Below the pieces are notes generated by a model. That model was not told the origin of the DNA, ran no database searches, and saw nothing but the letters and a program-made list of their open reading frames with translations. From sequence record DRR723986_6336: DNA of 61,228 nucleotides. One strand, 5' to 3'. This document shows positions 39,694-49,125 of the stretch, in pieces. A program made the position numbers and the translations under genes. Positions within the stretch are counted from its first letter, which is position 1; the number at the start of each line of letters is the position of its first letter.

Positions 39694-39781
39694 ATATTCA
39701 GGTCCACCAAACGTCGCTTCTCCGCCCAGCGATAGGCGAAACATCCTTCAGCAGGTGAAATTCAAACGGTATTAACCGGCC

Positions 39782-40396
39782 CTAGTCAAAGAGTTCAATA
39801 TCACCGTACTCCGGCTGCTCAACCAATGTTTTACCGTAATCGGTTTCTTCTCTGGCAATTTGCTGTGCATGTAGAGAGCGCAATCTCTTCACTAACACCT
39901 GACCCGTAGTGGGGAAATAATTCACCTTCCTGGAAAAGCTCTCACCCAAGTCAGCGGCAGCTATCGGATAGCCTTCCACACTTAGGAACTCTCGAACAAA
40001 TTTGATATTTTTTGCACCAATATCAGTGAGTCCTCGCATTATTTTGCCGCCGCCGAACAGCTTGATCTCCAAGCGCCTTTTATCGCCGCCACGACGGATA
40101 ATGTCGTTGATTAAATGCTCCATTGCGTAAATCCCGTAGCGCGCCGCCACGCCATCTGCAGCGACGTCACCACCGGGCAGCATAAAGTGATTTAAACCAC
40201 CCACCCCAATCTCCGGATCGCGAATGCACGCTGCGATACACGACCCCAGCACGGTTGAAATCATTTGATCACTGCGGTCGGTCACGTAGTATTGGCCAGG
40301 CAGAACGCGAACCGCATACACGTTGTGTACGCTGTCCCAGTGACAGGATACGCCTGGATAGTGTTCGGAGATTTCACTTCGATTGCGATTTGGCAT
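39782..40396 (-). CDS. cheD: Chemoreceptor glutamine deamidase CheD
   Basis: TVLGSCIAAC; GGLNHFMLP; KLFGGG. Confidence 0.94.
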   Translation of the reverse strand: MPNRNRSEISEHYPGVSCHWDSVHNVYAVRVLPGQYYVTDRSDQMISTVLGSCIAACIRDPEIGVGGLNHFMLPGGDVAADGVAARYGIYAMEHLINDIIRRGGDKRRLEIKLFGGGKIMRGLTDIGAKNIKFVREFLSVEGYPIAAADLGESFSRKVNYFPTTGQVLVKRLRSLHAQQIAREETDYGKTLVEQPEYGDIELFD

Positions 40397-40434
40397 ATTC
40401 AAGCAAACGCGCTCCGCCCGTTGTCATGGCTCTA

Positions 40435-40863
40435 CTATTTGTCCGCTGCGCCGCCAGCCTCATTACATACCTGGCCATGCACGTCATGTTCTACCGGACA
40501 GCTGTAGCTGCTGGCTAATGTTGCAAGCTCAGAATGATCGCTATCCAATGTCTTCATTCGCTCAGCGCTGTCTGCAATATGCCCAAGACGCTGAGCACTG
40601 CTATCAAACATCTGTAAGCGCTCTGTAATGGTATTCAATGCGCTGCGAACCGCTTCAACGCTCTCGGGCTCACTACCGCCATCGCGCTCCATCCGATCCA
40701 GTGCTGAAGTAATCTCCATGAACAGAAGAATAATGTCACAGGCTTCCTCTTCCAGCTCCGATGCGACCGCGCGTAATTGAGCGGCATATACAGACAGTAC
40801 TCGCCGGTCCTCTTCCGACCTCGGTAACATACCGTGATTTACCTCTCGACTGAGTACCACCAT
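40435..40863 (-). CDS. Hypothetical helical protein, CheZ-like candidate
   Basis: Coiled-coil pattern with LQMFDSSAQRLGHI (D-x3-Q); co-oriented within the che operon. Confidence 0.55.
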   Translation of the reverse strand: MVVLSREVNHGMLPRSEEDRRVLSVYAAQLRAVASELEEEACDIILLFMEITSALDRMERDGGSEPESVEAVRSALNTITERLQMFDSSAQRLGHIADSAERMKTLDSDHSELATLASSYSCPVEHDVHGQVCNEAGGAADK

Positions 40864-40896
40864 TAAAGCCTCTTTCGCGGGTTCCCACTTGCGGGG

Positions 40897-41319
40897 TCAT
40901 GCGGCCAACAACGAGGCGAACCCTGCACGACGTATCACGGTATCGATGTCGTCAGGAAAGCCTTGATAGCTAACCTCCCGACCGGTTTTCTGCTGACTCT
41001 GGCGAAACAGCGCCAATAACTGCAGACCGGCACTATCGACCTGCTCAACGGCCGACGCATCAATACTGATATCGCCGTCTGCCGCGGCAGCAAATTCTGC
41101 CAAAACCTGATAGAGAGAACCGGCACTGGCAATAACAAGTTCACTGGGAAGTGACCTACCACCGGACTCACTGTCTTCGCTGCCAAGTAGGACAACAAAA
41201 CCGTCGTCTTCGGTGTTCGGAGTGGCCGCTCCTTGTTCTGGTTCTGGGCTGTTTACATCGCTGCCCGAGCCCTGTTCAGGCTCATCACCCAATAGAATAA
41301 TAAATTCTTCATCTGCCAT
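40897..41319 (-). CDS. STAS-domain protein with acidic N-terminal extension
   Basis: IDASAVEQVDSAGLQLL (DSxG motif). Confidence 0.82.
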   Translation of the reverse strand: MADEEFIILLGDEPEQGSGSDVNSPEPEQGAATPNTEDDGFVVLLGSEDSESGGRSLPSELVIASAGSLYQVLAEFAAAADGDISIDASAVEQVDSAGLQLLALFRQSQQKTGREVSYQGFPDDIDTVIRRAGFASLLAA

Positions 41320-41328
41320 CGCGTTTTC

Positions 41329-41856
41329 TCACGCTGTTTTCGCCATAGGCGTCGGCGCGTCGTGGTTGAGTTCATTGCCGGAGAAAAGCTTGTCGATATT
41401 TAGAAGAATGAGCATCTTTTCATCGACGGTAGACAAGCCTTTTACATAGTCACTACTCACGCCGCTCGCCCCGACTTCAGGCAAGGCCTGTATATTGGCA
41501 TCATCCAAGCGATACACTTCCGATACCCCGTCCACCACCATGCCAATGGTTCTCGGTTTGTCCGCGCTCTCGACTTTGACAACAATAATCACCGTGGTCG
41601 GGCCGTGGGGTATGGTCTCCATATTAAAACGCTTTCGCAGGTCGATAATTGGAACGATAGCGCCCCGCAAATTCATGACACCAAGCACAAAGTCAGGCGA
41701 ATTCGGAATTGGCGTCACGGTGTCCCAACCCTGAATACCTTGCACACGCAATATTTCGACGCCGTATTCTTCACCATTCAGAACAAAAGTCAGATACTGA
41801 TTGGCATCGCCGGCGCTCAACTGATCGTCAGGGCTGTTGCTATATTCACTTGTCAT
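41329..41856 (-). CDS. cheW: Chemotaxis adaptor CheW
   Basis: YLTFVLNGEEYG; GVMNLRGAIVPIIDLR; GMVVDGVSEV. Confidence 0.96.
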   Translation of the reverse strand: MTSEYSNSPDDQLSAGDANQYLTFVLNGEEYGVEILRVQGIQGWDTVTPIPNSPDFVLGVMNLRGAIVPIIDLRKRFNMETIPHGPTTVIIVVKVESADKPRTIGMVVDGVSEVYRLDDANIQALPEVGASGVSSDYVKGLSTVDEKMLILLNIDKLFSGNELNHDAPTPMAKTA

Positions 41857-41873
41857 TCGATTTCCCCTACTTT

Positions 41874-43940
41874 TTAAGCGGCGTTAGAGTCATTGGCTTT
41901 GGCATCGCCTGCGTCGCGCACCAGGCCCGGTACGTCGATAATCATGGCAACGTTGCCGTCCCCCAAAATTGTTGCGCCCGCTAGGCCGGTGACCGGCATG
42001 TAGTTTTCCTCAAGGCTTTTAATAACGACCTGCTGCTGATCTAACAGCTCGTCGACAAATAGCCCCAAGCGCTTTCCATCACTTTCCACGACGACCATCA
42101 ACTCGCCATCGCTCTCGAGGTACGTTTTTCTTGGTGCGGAGCAATTTAAATTAAAGCGCTCACGCAATCTCACCACGGGGATGTAATCCTCCCGCAGCCG
42201 ATAGACAACAGAGCCCCCAGCCAAACGCTTTATCTGGTTTGGCGGCACAAGCACCGTTTCGACAATGGATCTTAGTGAGAAGATGTAGACATCATCACCC
42301 ACACGCACGAGCTGACCATCGAGAATAGCCAGTGTGAGGGGCAGGCGAATTTTCAGACAGGAGCCTTTTCCTTGCTCGGAGTGAATATCAATCCGGCCAC
42401 CCAGGTCGGCGATGTTTCTTCGCACGACATCCATACCCACACCGCGGCCAGATAAATCGCTCACGGCCTCGGCTGTCGAAAAGCCTGGTTGGAAAATTAG
42501 GTGATGAATTTGCTCTTCACTGAGTTGCTCGGTTTCGCTCACCACACCACGCTCTATGGCGATTTGGTGAATTCTTTTGGCATTCAGGCCCGCGCCGTCA
42601 TCTTCAACTTCAATAACGATACTGCCGCCTTCGTGGTACGCGCTCAGTTTAAGCGTGCCCACTTCCGGCTTACCGGCCGCGAGGCGCTGCTCAGGCATCT
42701 CTATGCCGTGGTCTAAGGAATTTCGCACCAGGTGTACTAACGGGTCGCTCATCTTTTCAAGAACGGTTTTATCCAGCTCAGTGTCTTCTCCGGATAATAC
42801 GAGCTCTACTTTCTTGCCCAGCTTACTACTGATATCCCGAACCAAGCGCTTAAAGCGACTAAAGCTGCTGCTAATCGGCAGCATGCGTATTTGCATCGCA
42901 CTCTCTTGCAGCTCCCGAGTGTGACGTTCCAACACCATAAGCCCATCGCGCAGACCGGAGTTCGCACCTCTCTCACCACCATCCTCGCCAAACCGCGCCA
43001 GCATGGATTGGGTGATAACCAGCTCACCAACGAGATTCAACAGAGCATCAATTTTATCGATATTAACGCGAATCGACCCCGAGTCCCGGCTAGCGGCGGC
43101 GGGCGCGGCTGCCGGCTTCGCGGCGTTAGATTCACTTTTTGGCGGCTCAAGTTGGGCGACGGTATTGGCGCTTTCAACAGCACCCGTATCGGCTGTTGCA
43201 TCAGCTTGCGGGTTCCGGCAGTGTATTTTTAAATCACACTGCTCTTTCACCCATTCAAACGCTGCCTCAATCGCCTCTGCGTCTACGTCGGCTTCCAATT
43301 CCAGAACCCAGCCGCAGTAACAATTTTCCGGGTCGACGGAATCAAACTCGACATCCTCAGCCAATTCAGCGACGACATTTAGCTTCCCCAGTGACTCCAG
43401 CTCTCTAAAAATGCGAATAGGCTCATTGCCGGTTTTGAATATATTCGCATCCGGTCTGAACTCGACATCCCAGGTTTTCACGCCCGGCTTTTGCGCCATT
43501 GCCTCATCAGTGCCAGCAACAGGCTCCGCCGCTGAAGTGACCGGTGCACTGCCCAGCAGGGCATTTATTTTCTCCTGGCACTCCGTCACAGAATTCAGGT
43601 CGAGCTCAGCGTCGTCCTTAAGCGCAGCGAGCATACCGCGCACGCAATCAACGGCGCCGAGTAACACTTCGATAAGGTCTTCACTCACCGCCCGCTGATT
43701 ACTGCGCAGCTGGTCTAAAAGTGTTTCAACACCGTGAGTGAATTCTGAAATTGCTGTGAAGCCAAACGTTGCGGCACCACCCTTTATCGAATGTGCCGCT
43801 CGGAAAATCGTATTGATAAGCTCTGGGTCAGCATTCCCAGGCTCCAGCCCCAGAAGCCCGGACTCCATTACATCGATACCTTCCTCGCTTTCTTCGAAGA
43901 AGATGTCGTGGATTTCCTTCATATCCATATCAATGGACAT
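41874..43940 (-). CDS. cheA: Chemotaxis histidine kinase CheA
   Basis: IFRAAHSIKG (P1); NLVGELVI; HLVRNSLDHG; SGRGVGMDVV; C-terminal CheW domain. Confidence 0.97.
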   Translation of the reverse strand: MSIDMDMKEIHDIFFEESEEGIDVMESGLLGLEPGNADPELINTIFRAAHSIKGGAATFGFTAISEFTHGVETLLDQLRSNQRAVSEDLIEVLLGAVDCVRGMLAALKDDAELDLNSVTECQEKINALLGSAPVTSAAEPVAGTDEAMAQKPGVKTWDVEFRPDANIFKTGNEPIRIFRELESLGKLNVVAELAEDVEFDSVDPENCYCGWVLELEADVDAEAIEAAFEWVKEQCDLKIHCRNPQADATADTGAVESANTVAQLEPPKSESNAAKPAAAPAAASRDSGSIRVNIDKIDALLNLVGELVITQSMLARFGEDGGERGANSGLRDGLMVLERHTRELQESAMQIRMLPISSSFSRFKRLVRDISSKLGKKVELVLSGEDTELDKTVLEKMSDPLVHLVRNSLDHGIEMPEQRLAAGKPEVGTLKLSAYHEGGSIVIEVEDDGAGLNAKRIHQIAIERGVVSETEQLSEEQIHHLIFQPGFSTAEAVSDLSGRGVGMDVVRRNIADLGGRIDIHSEQGKGSCLKIRLPLTLAILDGQLVRVGDDVYIFSLRSIVETVLVPPNQIKRLAGGSVVYRLREDYIPVVRLRERFNLNCSAPRKTYLESDGELMVVVESDGKRLGLFVDELLDQQQVVIKSLEENYMPVTGLAGATILGDGNVAMIIDVPGLVRDAGDAKANDSNAA

Positions 43941-43950
43941 ATCTCAACTC

Positions 43951-44313
43951 CTAGCCGAGCACGCGATCAATAACCTTTATCAGCGACTCAGGGTTAAACG
44001 GCTTCACTATCCAGCCTGTTGCACCGGCCTGTTTGCCACGCAGCTTCATATCAGACGCCGACTCGGTCGTCAGGATTAAAATGGGGGTAAACCGACAGGT
44101 ATCCAGCTTGCGAAGATTTTCGGTAAGCGTAATACCATCCATTATCGGCATGTGGACGTCGGTAATGACCACGTCGTAGGCATTGGCTTCCGCCAGCTCC
44201 AATCCTTCTTGACCATCGCTTGCCGATTCCACACTATGGCCGGCCTTACTCAACGTGGCAGACACCAGCTTCCGAATAGATGGTGAATCGTCTACCGCTA
44301 AAATGTTCGCCAT
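43951..44313 (-). CDS. cheY: Chemotaxis response regulator CheY
   Basis: ILAVDDS; TDVHMP; LTTES; GATGWIVKPF. Start at ATG 44313. Confidence 0.93.
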   Translation of the reverse strand: MANILAVDDSPSIRKLVSATLSKAGHSVESASDGQEGLELAEANAYDVVITDVHMPIMDGITLTENLRKLDTCRFTPILILTTESASDMKLRGKQAGATGWIVKPFNPESLIKVIDRVLG

Positions 44314-44594
44314 AGCCCCGCTCCGACTTTCTCGCTGCACTGCTGATTTTTAGAGTCCCCAACGCTATTCAGTACATAGACTTCACGAAAGCCTAAGTAT
44401 TCGTAATTGTACTAATCTGAGCGGGAACTCACGCAGGCAGAGCGCGGACACACGCCATGATTTGCCGGCATCACGACTCGGCGAAGCCCCAACTTCGTTA
44501 TGCGAATATCAGCTAGGTACAAACTCGAATCCCCTCTCTGATAAACATCTCAGATACTCTAATTCACATTGAACGCCACAAGGGATTCGCCGCC

Positions 44595-44762
44595 ATGGAA
44601 CGCAAGCAACCATCGGGACTCGCTATCTTCGCAAATGTCTTACTTCTGTGCGTGAGTGCGGCTGTCGCGCCGACTGAAATTAGCATCATGAGCGGCATCG
44701 CTATGCTAGCGATCTTGCTTCTCAGCGCTGCGGCCTTAAGTGGTTGGCACCGACATAGCTAA
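44595..44762 (+). CDS. Small 55-aa membrane protein (below the ORF-track cut-off)
   Basis: Hand translation: MERKQPSGLAIFANVLLLCVSAAVAPTEISIMSGIAMLAILLLSAAALSGWHRHS*. AAGGGA SD at 44580-44585; the stop overlaps the kinase start (TAATG). Confidence 0.65.
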   Translation: MERKQPSGLAIFANVLLLCVSAAVAPTEISIMSGIAMLAILLLSAAALSGWHRHS

Positions 44763-47167
44763 TGTCATTACGCAAGCAATTAACGCTGATCTTATGCGGC
44801 TTCGCACTCCTGCCGCTGCTGTTCTTTGGTGCAGTGGACTATTCCATGTCCGTCGCTCACCTAAAGGCCGCGGCTATGCGGGAGCTAACAGCGTTAAGTG
44901 ACATCCAGCGAGAACGCCTACTCAATCAAGTTAATCAACACAAACAACAAATGCTAATGATTGCCCAGGCACCCGCTGTGACGCAGGCGGCCTACGCGGT
45001 GTGGCAGGGCGATGCCGACAACAACAGTTTGGGCTCAGCGCTGGAAGAGGCGCTTTCCCTAGCGCCAAACGTGACCGAGGCGCATATCTATGGCCCCGCT
45101 AATACACTGCAGAGTCGCGTGTTTGGTGCGGGATATCATGCCCAAACACCAACCGACGACCGCCGATATTCTGAGATCTCTTTATCCCACGACACCAATG
45201 GGCAGGCGCTGCTCGTCGATGAAGCCCCTATCTACCACAGCGGAAAATTTGTCGGCCGGATTCGTCTGTACACAAATGCTGAGCCACTACTACACATATT
45301 TACCGACTACAGTGGCATGGGTGAAACCGGCGAATCAATACTGATCCAACCCGACCAGGACCTTCGAGTCAAAGCGCTACACAAACGCCGATATAACGAC
45401 AGTGGCGACTTGACCTACAACCCCTTTCGCGCGCCCTTTAATAGCAACCATAAAGAGGCTTACGACGTTTTTGATTATCGCGGCGAAGCGGTGCTCTTAG
45501 TGGGACAATTCCTTCCCGAGTTGAACTGGGGAATTATTGTTAAGCGCGATATCAGCGAGATACTCGGTCCTGCCAAAGCTATGCTATCGCGCCTCAACAT
45601 ATTCATTATTGCGATTGCCGGGCTCAGTATAATTATTGCCCTGCGTGCAGCAGCGATCATTCATCGCCCTGTGGCGAAGCTAACGCAAACCGCAGAGCGC
45701 ATTCGCACAGGCGATCTGCGCAAGCGGGCCGATGAGAGCGGCCACAATGAAATGGCGGTATTGGGTCGCGCGATTAACGGCATGCTCGACCAACTTATCG
45801 ACGACAATACCCAGCTCGAGAAAGCCGTCGCGCAGCGCACCTTCGAGGCAGAGTCAGCAAGAGAGCGAGCAGAGGAAAATAGCCGACTACAAAGCGAGTT
45901 CCTGGCGAATATGAGCCATGAAGTTCGCACACCACTGAATGGCATTATGGGTATCGCGAGCATACTCAAACGGTCGGTCAGTGACGACCGGACACAAGAG
46001 TACCTAGACATCATCGAAAACTCTGGGCAAAACCTGCTTGTCATTATCGACGACATATTAGAGTTGTCGCGCGCAAACACCGGGCAACTCTGCCTTCACA
46101 ACGACGACTTTGTCGCCCGTGATGCCTTTTCCACGGTACTGAAATCATCTGCTGAAGCGGCCAGGGAGAAAGGGCTCGTATTTACGGTGGCGTTTTCCAA
46201 CAATGTGCCACGCACCTTACACGGCGACGCCACACGACTTACGCAAGTGCTAAAGCAGTTACTTAGCAATGCGTTGAAATTTACCCAGTCAGGTAGCATC
46301 GAGGTTAACATTCGCTGGTCGGCAACATCCGCTTCTCGCGGTCAGCTTTGCCTGTCGGTTACCGATACCGGCATCGGTATCCCGCCATCAAAACAGCAAG
46401 ATGTCTTCAAGCCCTTTGTTCAGGCTGACGGTGGCAGCACTCGCCGCTACGGGGGCAACGGCTTAGGATTGAGTATTGCCTCCCACATCGTCGCCCTCAT
46501 GGACGGCCGTATTGACGTCACCAGCGCGGAGAACCGCGGCACGACATTCACCGTAACTACCGACTTACTCGTTGCTGAGTCAGCACCACTGGCAAGCCCG
46601 ACCACGGATCACGTTAGTGGCAAACATGGCGACGCCAGCACAGCAAACATAGTGTCCAGCTCGCCAGCGAGTGGGAACGTACATCAACTACAGCCGCTGG
46701 CCCAGCGAGCGGCGCCAACCAGAATGAGACCTGCAACGGCGAAACTCTCATCACAAGCGGCTACACTGGCGTTTATGGATGACTGCGCATCGTTGGCAGA
46801 ACCAGCGGTAGAGGACGATAGACACATGATACTGGATGAACAACGCCTGCGTGATATTACCCGCAACAAGCCTGCACTCATCACCAGCATTTCTCAGCTC
46901 TTTATCGATGAGCTTCCAGATATGTTGCAAAGTGTCGATGACGCCTACACCAAAGGCGAACGCGACGAGCTCGCTCAGGCCGTACACAGGCTGAAAAGCG
47001 CGCTGGGGAATTTCGCAACGCAGGAATACTATCGTGACATTAGCGGATTGGAAGCACTGGCCAAGGAGTCTGGCGAACCACTATCCCTGTGGCGCGAAAA
47101 ATGGGATACAGTCACCCTAAAACTACAATTACTGGAAAATGAGTTAAAGGATATAGCGGGCCTCTAG
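44762..47167 (+). CDS. Membrane sensor histidine kinase (Cache-like, HAMP, HisKA, HATPase, Hpt; no receiver)
   Basis: Two TM segments; FLANMSHEVRTPLNG; NALKFT; DTGIG; GNGLGL; C-terminal AVHRLKSALG Hpt. Confidence 0.9.
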   Translation: MSLRKQLTLILCGFALLPLLFFGAVDYSMSVAHLKAAAMRELTALSDIQRERLLNQVNQHKQQMLMIAQAPAVTQAAYAVWQGDADNNSLGSALEEALSLAPNVTEAHIYGPANTLQSRVFGAGYHAQTPTDDRRYSEISLSHDTNGQALLVDEAPIYHSGKFVGRIRLYTNAEPLLHIFTDYSGMGETGESILIQPDQDLRVKALHKRRYNDSGDLTYNPFRAPFNSNHKEAYDVFDYRGEAVLLVGQFLPELNWGIIVKRDISEILGPAKAMLSRLNIFIIAIAGLSIIIALRAAAIIHRPVAKLTQTAERIRTGDLRKRADESGHNEMAVLGRAINGMLDQLIDDNTQLEKAVAQRTFEAESARERAEENSRLQSEFLANMSHEVRTPLNGIMGIASILKRSVSDDRTQEYLDIIENSGQNLLVIIDDILELSRANTGQLCLHNDDFVARDAFSTVLKSSAEAAREKGLVFTVAFSNNVPRTLHGDATRLTQVLKQLLSNALKFTQSGSIEVNIRWSATSASRGQLCLSVTDTGIGIPPSKQQDVFKPFVQADGGSTRRYGGNGLGLSIASHIVALMDGRIDVTSAENRGTTFTVTTDLLVAESAPLASPTTDHVSGKHGDASTANIVSSSPASGNVHQLQPLAQRAAPTRMRPATAKLSSQAATLAFMDDCASLAEPAVEDDRHMILDEQRLRDITRNKPALITSISQLFIDELPDMLQSVDDAYTKGERDELAQAVHRLKSALGNFATQEYYRDISGLEALAKESGEPLSLWREKWDTVTLKLQLLENELKDIAGL

Positions 47168-47170
47168 CCG

Positions 47171-48061
47171 ATGGATATATTACTGGTCGACGACGACCCA
47201 ATCACTCGCCTCGCACTTTGCGCCGCAGTAGAAGACTGGGGCTTTACGCCCGTTGTCGCGAAAAGTGGTGAGCAAGCGCTCGATATCCTGAATGAAGACA
47301 GCCCGCCTCACCTTCTTATCATCGACTGGTCGATGCCGGGAATGAGTGGCCCTGAACTTTGCGAAAATATACGGCTGCGAGATGACGGCCAGTTCTTCTA
47401 CATTCTTATGCTCACCGGCAAAGAGGGCAACGAGGCGGTTATCGAAGCGATGGAGTCCGGCGCCGACGACTTCTTGAGCAAACCCTTTGATCACCGCGTA
47501 CTCAAGGTTCGGCTCGCCGCAGGCAGCCGCATCGTTCGCCTGGAGCAAACGCTCAATCAACTGGCTTCCCGCGACTCCTTAACCCAGTGCTGGAATCGTC
47601 GGATGATCGATGAGCTACTCGACTCAGCGATCGCAGAAGCCCGCCGCAAAACCTCAAATCTGTCGCTGATGGTACTGGATATCGACCATTTTAAGAAAGT
47701 AAACGACACCCACGGCCACGCCGCCGGCGATGTTGCCCTTAAGCATATGGTCAATATTCTCAATACAAATCTGCGCGAGTACGACCAGGTCGGGCGCTAT
47801 GGCGGAGAGGAATTTGTGGTGATCTTGCCCTCGACCGACAAAGATTCCGCCTGGGGCGTTGCCGAGCGTATCAGGGCCTCTTTGCAATATCACCCAGCAC
47901 AGGTTGATGCCGAGCTCGATATATCAATGACAGTAAGCATTGGTATTACCGAGTTCCGACACGACGGCAGCGACAGCCGCATAAGTCTGTTTGAACGGGC
48001 CGACCGGGCTCTGTATACCGCTAAGCACTCGGGCCGAAACCGCGTCGTCTATGGTGATTAG
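47171..48061 (+). CDS. REC-GGDEF diguanylate cyclase
   Basis: LLVDDD...DWSMP...SKPF receiver; DIDHFKKVND; I-site REYD; GGEEF. Confidence 0.95.
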   Translation: MDILLVDDDPITRLALCAAVEDWGFTPVVAKSGEQALDILNEDSPPHLLIIDWSMPGMSGPELCENIRLRDDGQFFYILMLTGKEGNEAVIEAMESGADDFLSKPFDHRVLKVRLAAGSRIVRLEQTLNQLASRDSLTQCWNRRMIDELLDSAIAEARRKTSNLSLMVLDIDHFKKVNDTHGHAAGDVALKHMVNILNTNLREYDQVGRYGGEEFVVILPSTDKDSAWGVAERIRASLQYHPAQVDAELDISMTVSIGITEFRHDGSDSRISLFERADRALYTAKHSGRNRVVYGD

Positions 48062-48169
48062 GCGGTGAACTTTCTTTGGTATCGCGCTCGTTTTAATATA
48101 GGCGAATTAAAAACACCATAACACATCTCACTCGCCACGAGTCGCGTATAACGCCATATCACCAACACA

Positions 48170-48955
48170 ATGGAAATGATCATGCCTAGCCCCAGTCTCA
48201 CATTGAGCCATGGCTCTGATATTCGGCCTCCGCGTCTCTCGAACACCCTCGGAGAATTCGGTCGCGCCGCCAAGGAATGTAGCTTGCTAGTTTCCCGCCA
48301 CCGGCAGCTCGCAAAATTACCTAGAGGCGACGGCCACCCTGTTATTGCCCTCCCCGGCTACGGTGGTGACGATGGCAGCATGTCAGCATTGCGTTACTGG
48401 CTGCGGCGCTGGAACTACCAGGCCGAACCGTGGAAGCTTGGCCGCAATATTCCCGCCGGGCGCATCTCACAAATGGAGCACATGCACGAGTTTCAAGAGC
48501 ATATGCTCAGCCGCATCCAGCAGCGCGTAGATGATTTATACGAGCTGTGCGACAGGCAGCCCATCAGTCTAATCGGCTGGAGCCTGGGGGGCATTTACGC
48601 CAACGCCATGGCGCAGCGTGAGCCAGAGAAAATCCGTCGCGTGATTAGCCTGGGCACCCCCTACGGTGACCCGAAAGGAACCGCAGCCTGGAATGTTCTC
48701 AAGTTACTCAATCGCAGCACAACGCCCGACCACGAGCAAAACACGGATCAGTGGGTAGAGTTGAATGCCGGGCCGCGCACCGTGCCGACAACGGTGATCT
48801 ACAGCCCCTGCGACGGGATTGTGTCGCCCTCTATCGCCCGACTTGAGGGGCCATATATCGATAATATCGAGGTCGAATCCAGCCACCTCGCCTTTGCCTG
48901 GAATCCCGCTGTTATGGAGAAAGTTGCCGAGGTTCTCGCTCGCCCCCTCCCCTGA
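48170..48955 (+). CDS. Alpha/beta hydrolase (esterase/lipase)
   Basis: GDGHPVIALPG; GWSLGG; DGIV; SSHL. Confidence 0.82.
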   Translation: MEMIMPSPSLTLSHGSDIRPPRLSNTLGEFGRAAKECSLLVSRHRQLAKLPRGDGHPVIALPGYGGDDGSMSALRYWLRRWNYQAEPWKLGRNIPAGRISQMEHMHEFQEHMLSRIQQRVDDLYELCDRQPISLIGWSLGGIYANAMAQREPEKIRRVISLGTPYGDPKGTAAWNVLKLLNRSTTPDHEQNTDQWVELNAGPRTVPTTVIYSPCDGIVSPSIARLEGPYIDNIEVESSHLAFAWNPAVMEKVAEVLARPLP

Positions 48956-49125
48956 GCACATCATCGCCGCCACGATGCGGCGATCCCCCCCACATCGTAG
49001 CGGCGCGCTCCCCCAGCGCGGTGTGCCAACAGCCTCTAGTACAAATGGGCTGTTGCGTGCAGTAGTCGAATATGCTTTAACTGCACACTGCAACATAACA
49101 ATAATCAGCACCAATGGAGCACTAC

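Noticed and set aside
44314-44594. Possible c-di-GMP riboswitch in the cheY/kinase intergenic region
   Set aside because: I could not find the GEMM-type GCAAA...GAAA...GACGCAAAGC pattern on either strand; an Infernal scan would settle it.
44745-44760. Sigma-54-like TGGCAC-N5-TAGC
   Set aside because: It lies inside the sORF and would place the TSS downstream of the kinase start codon.
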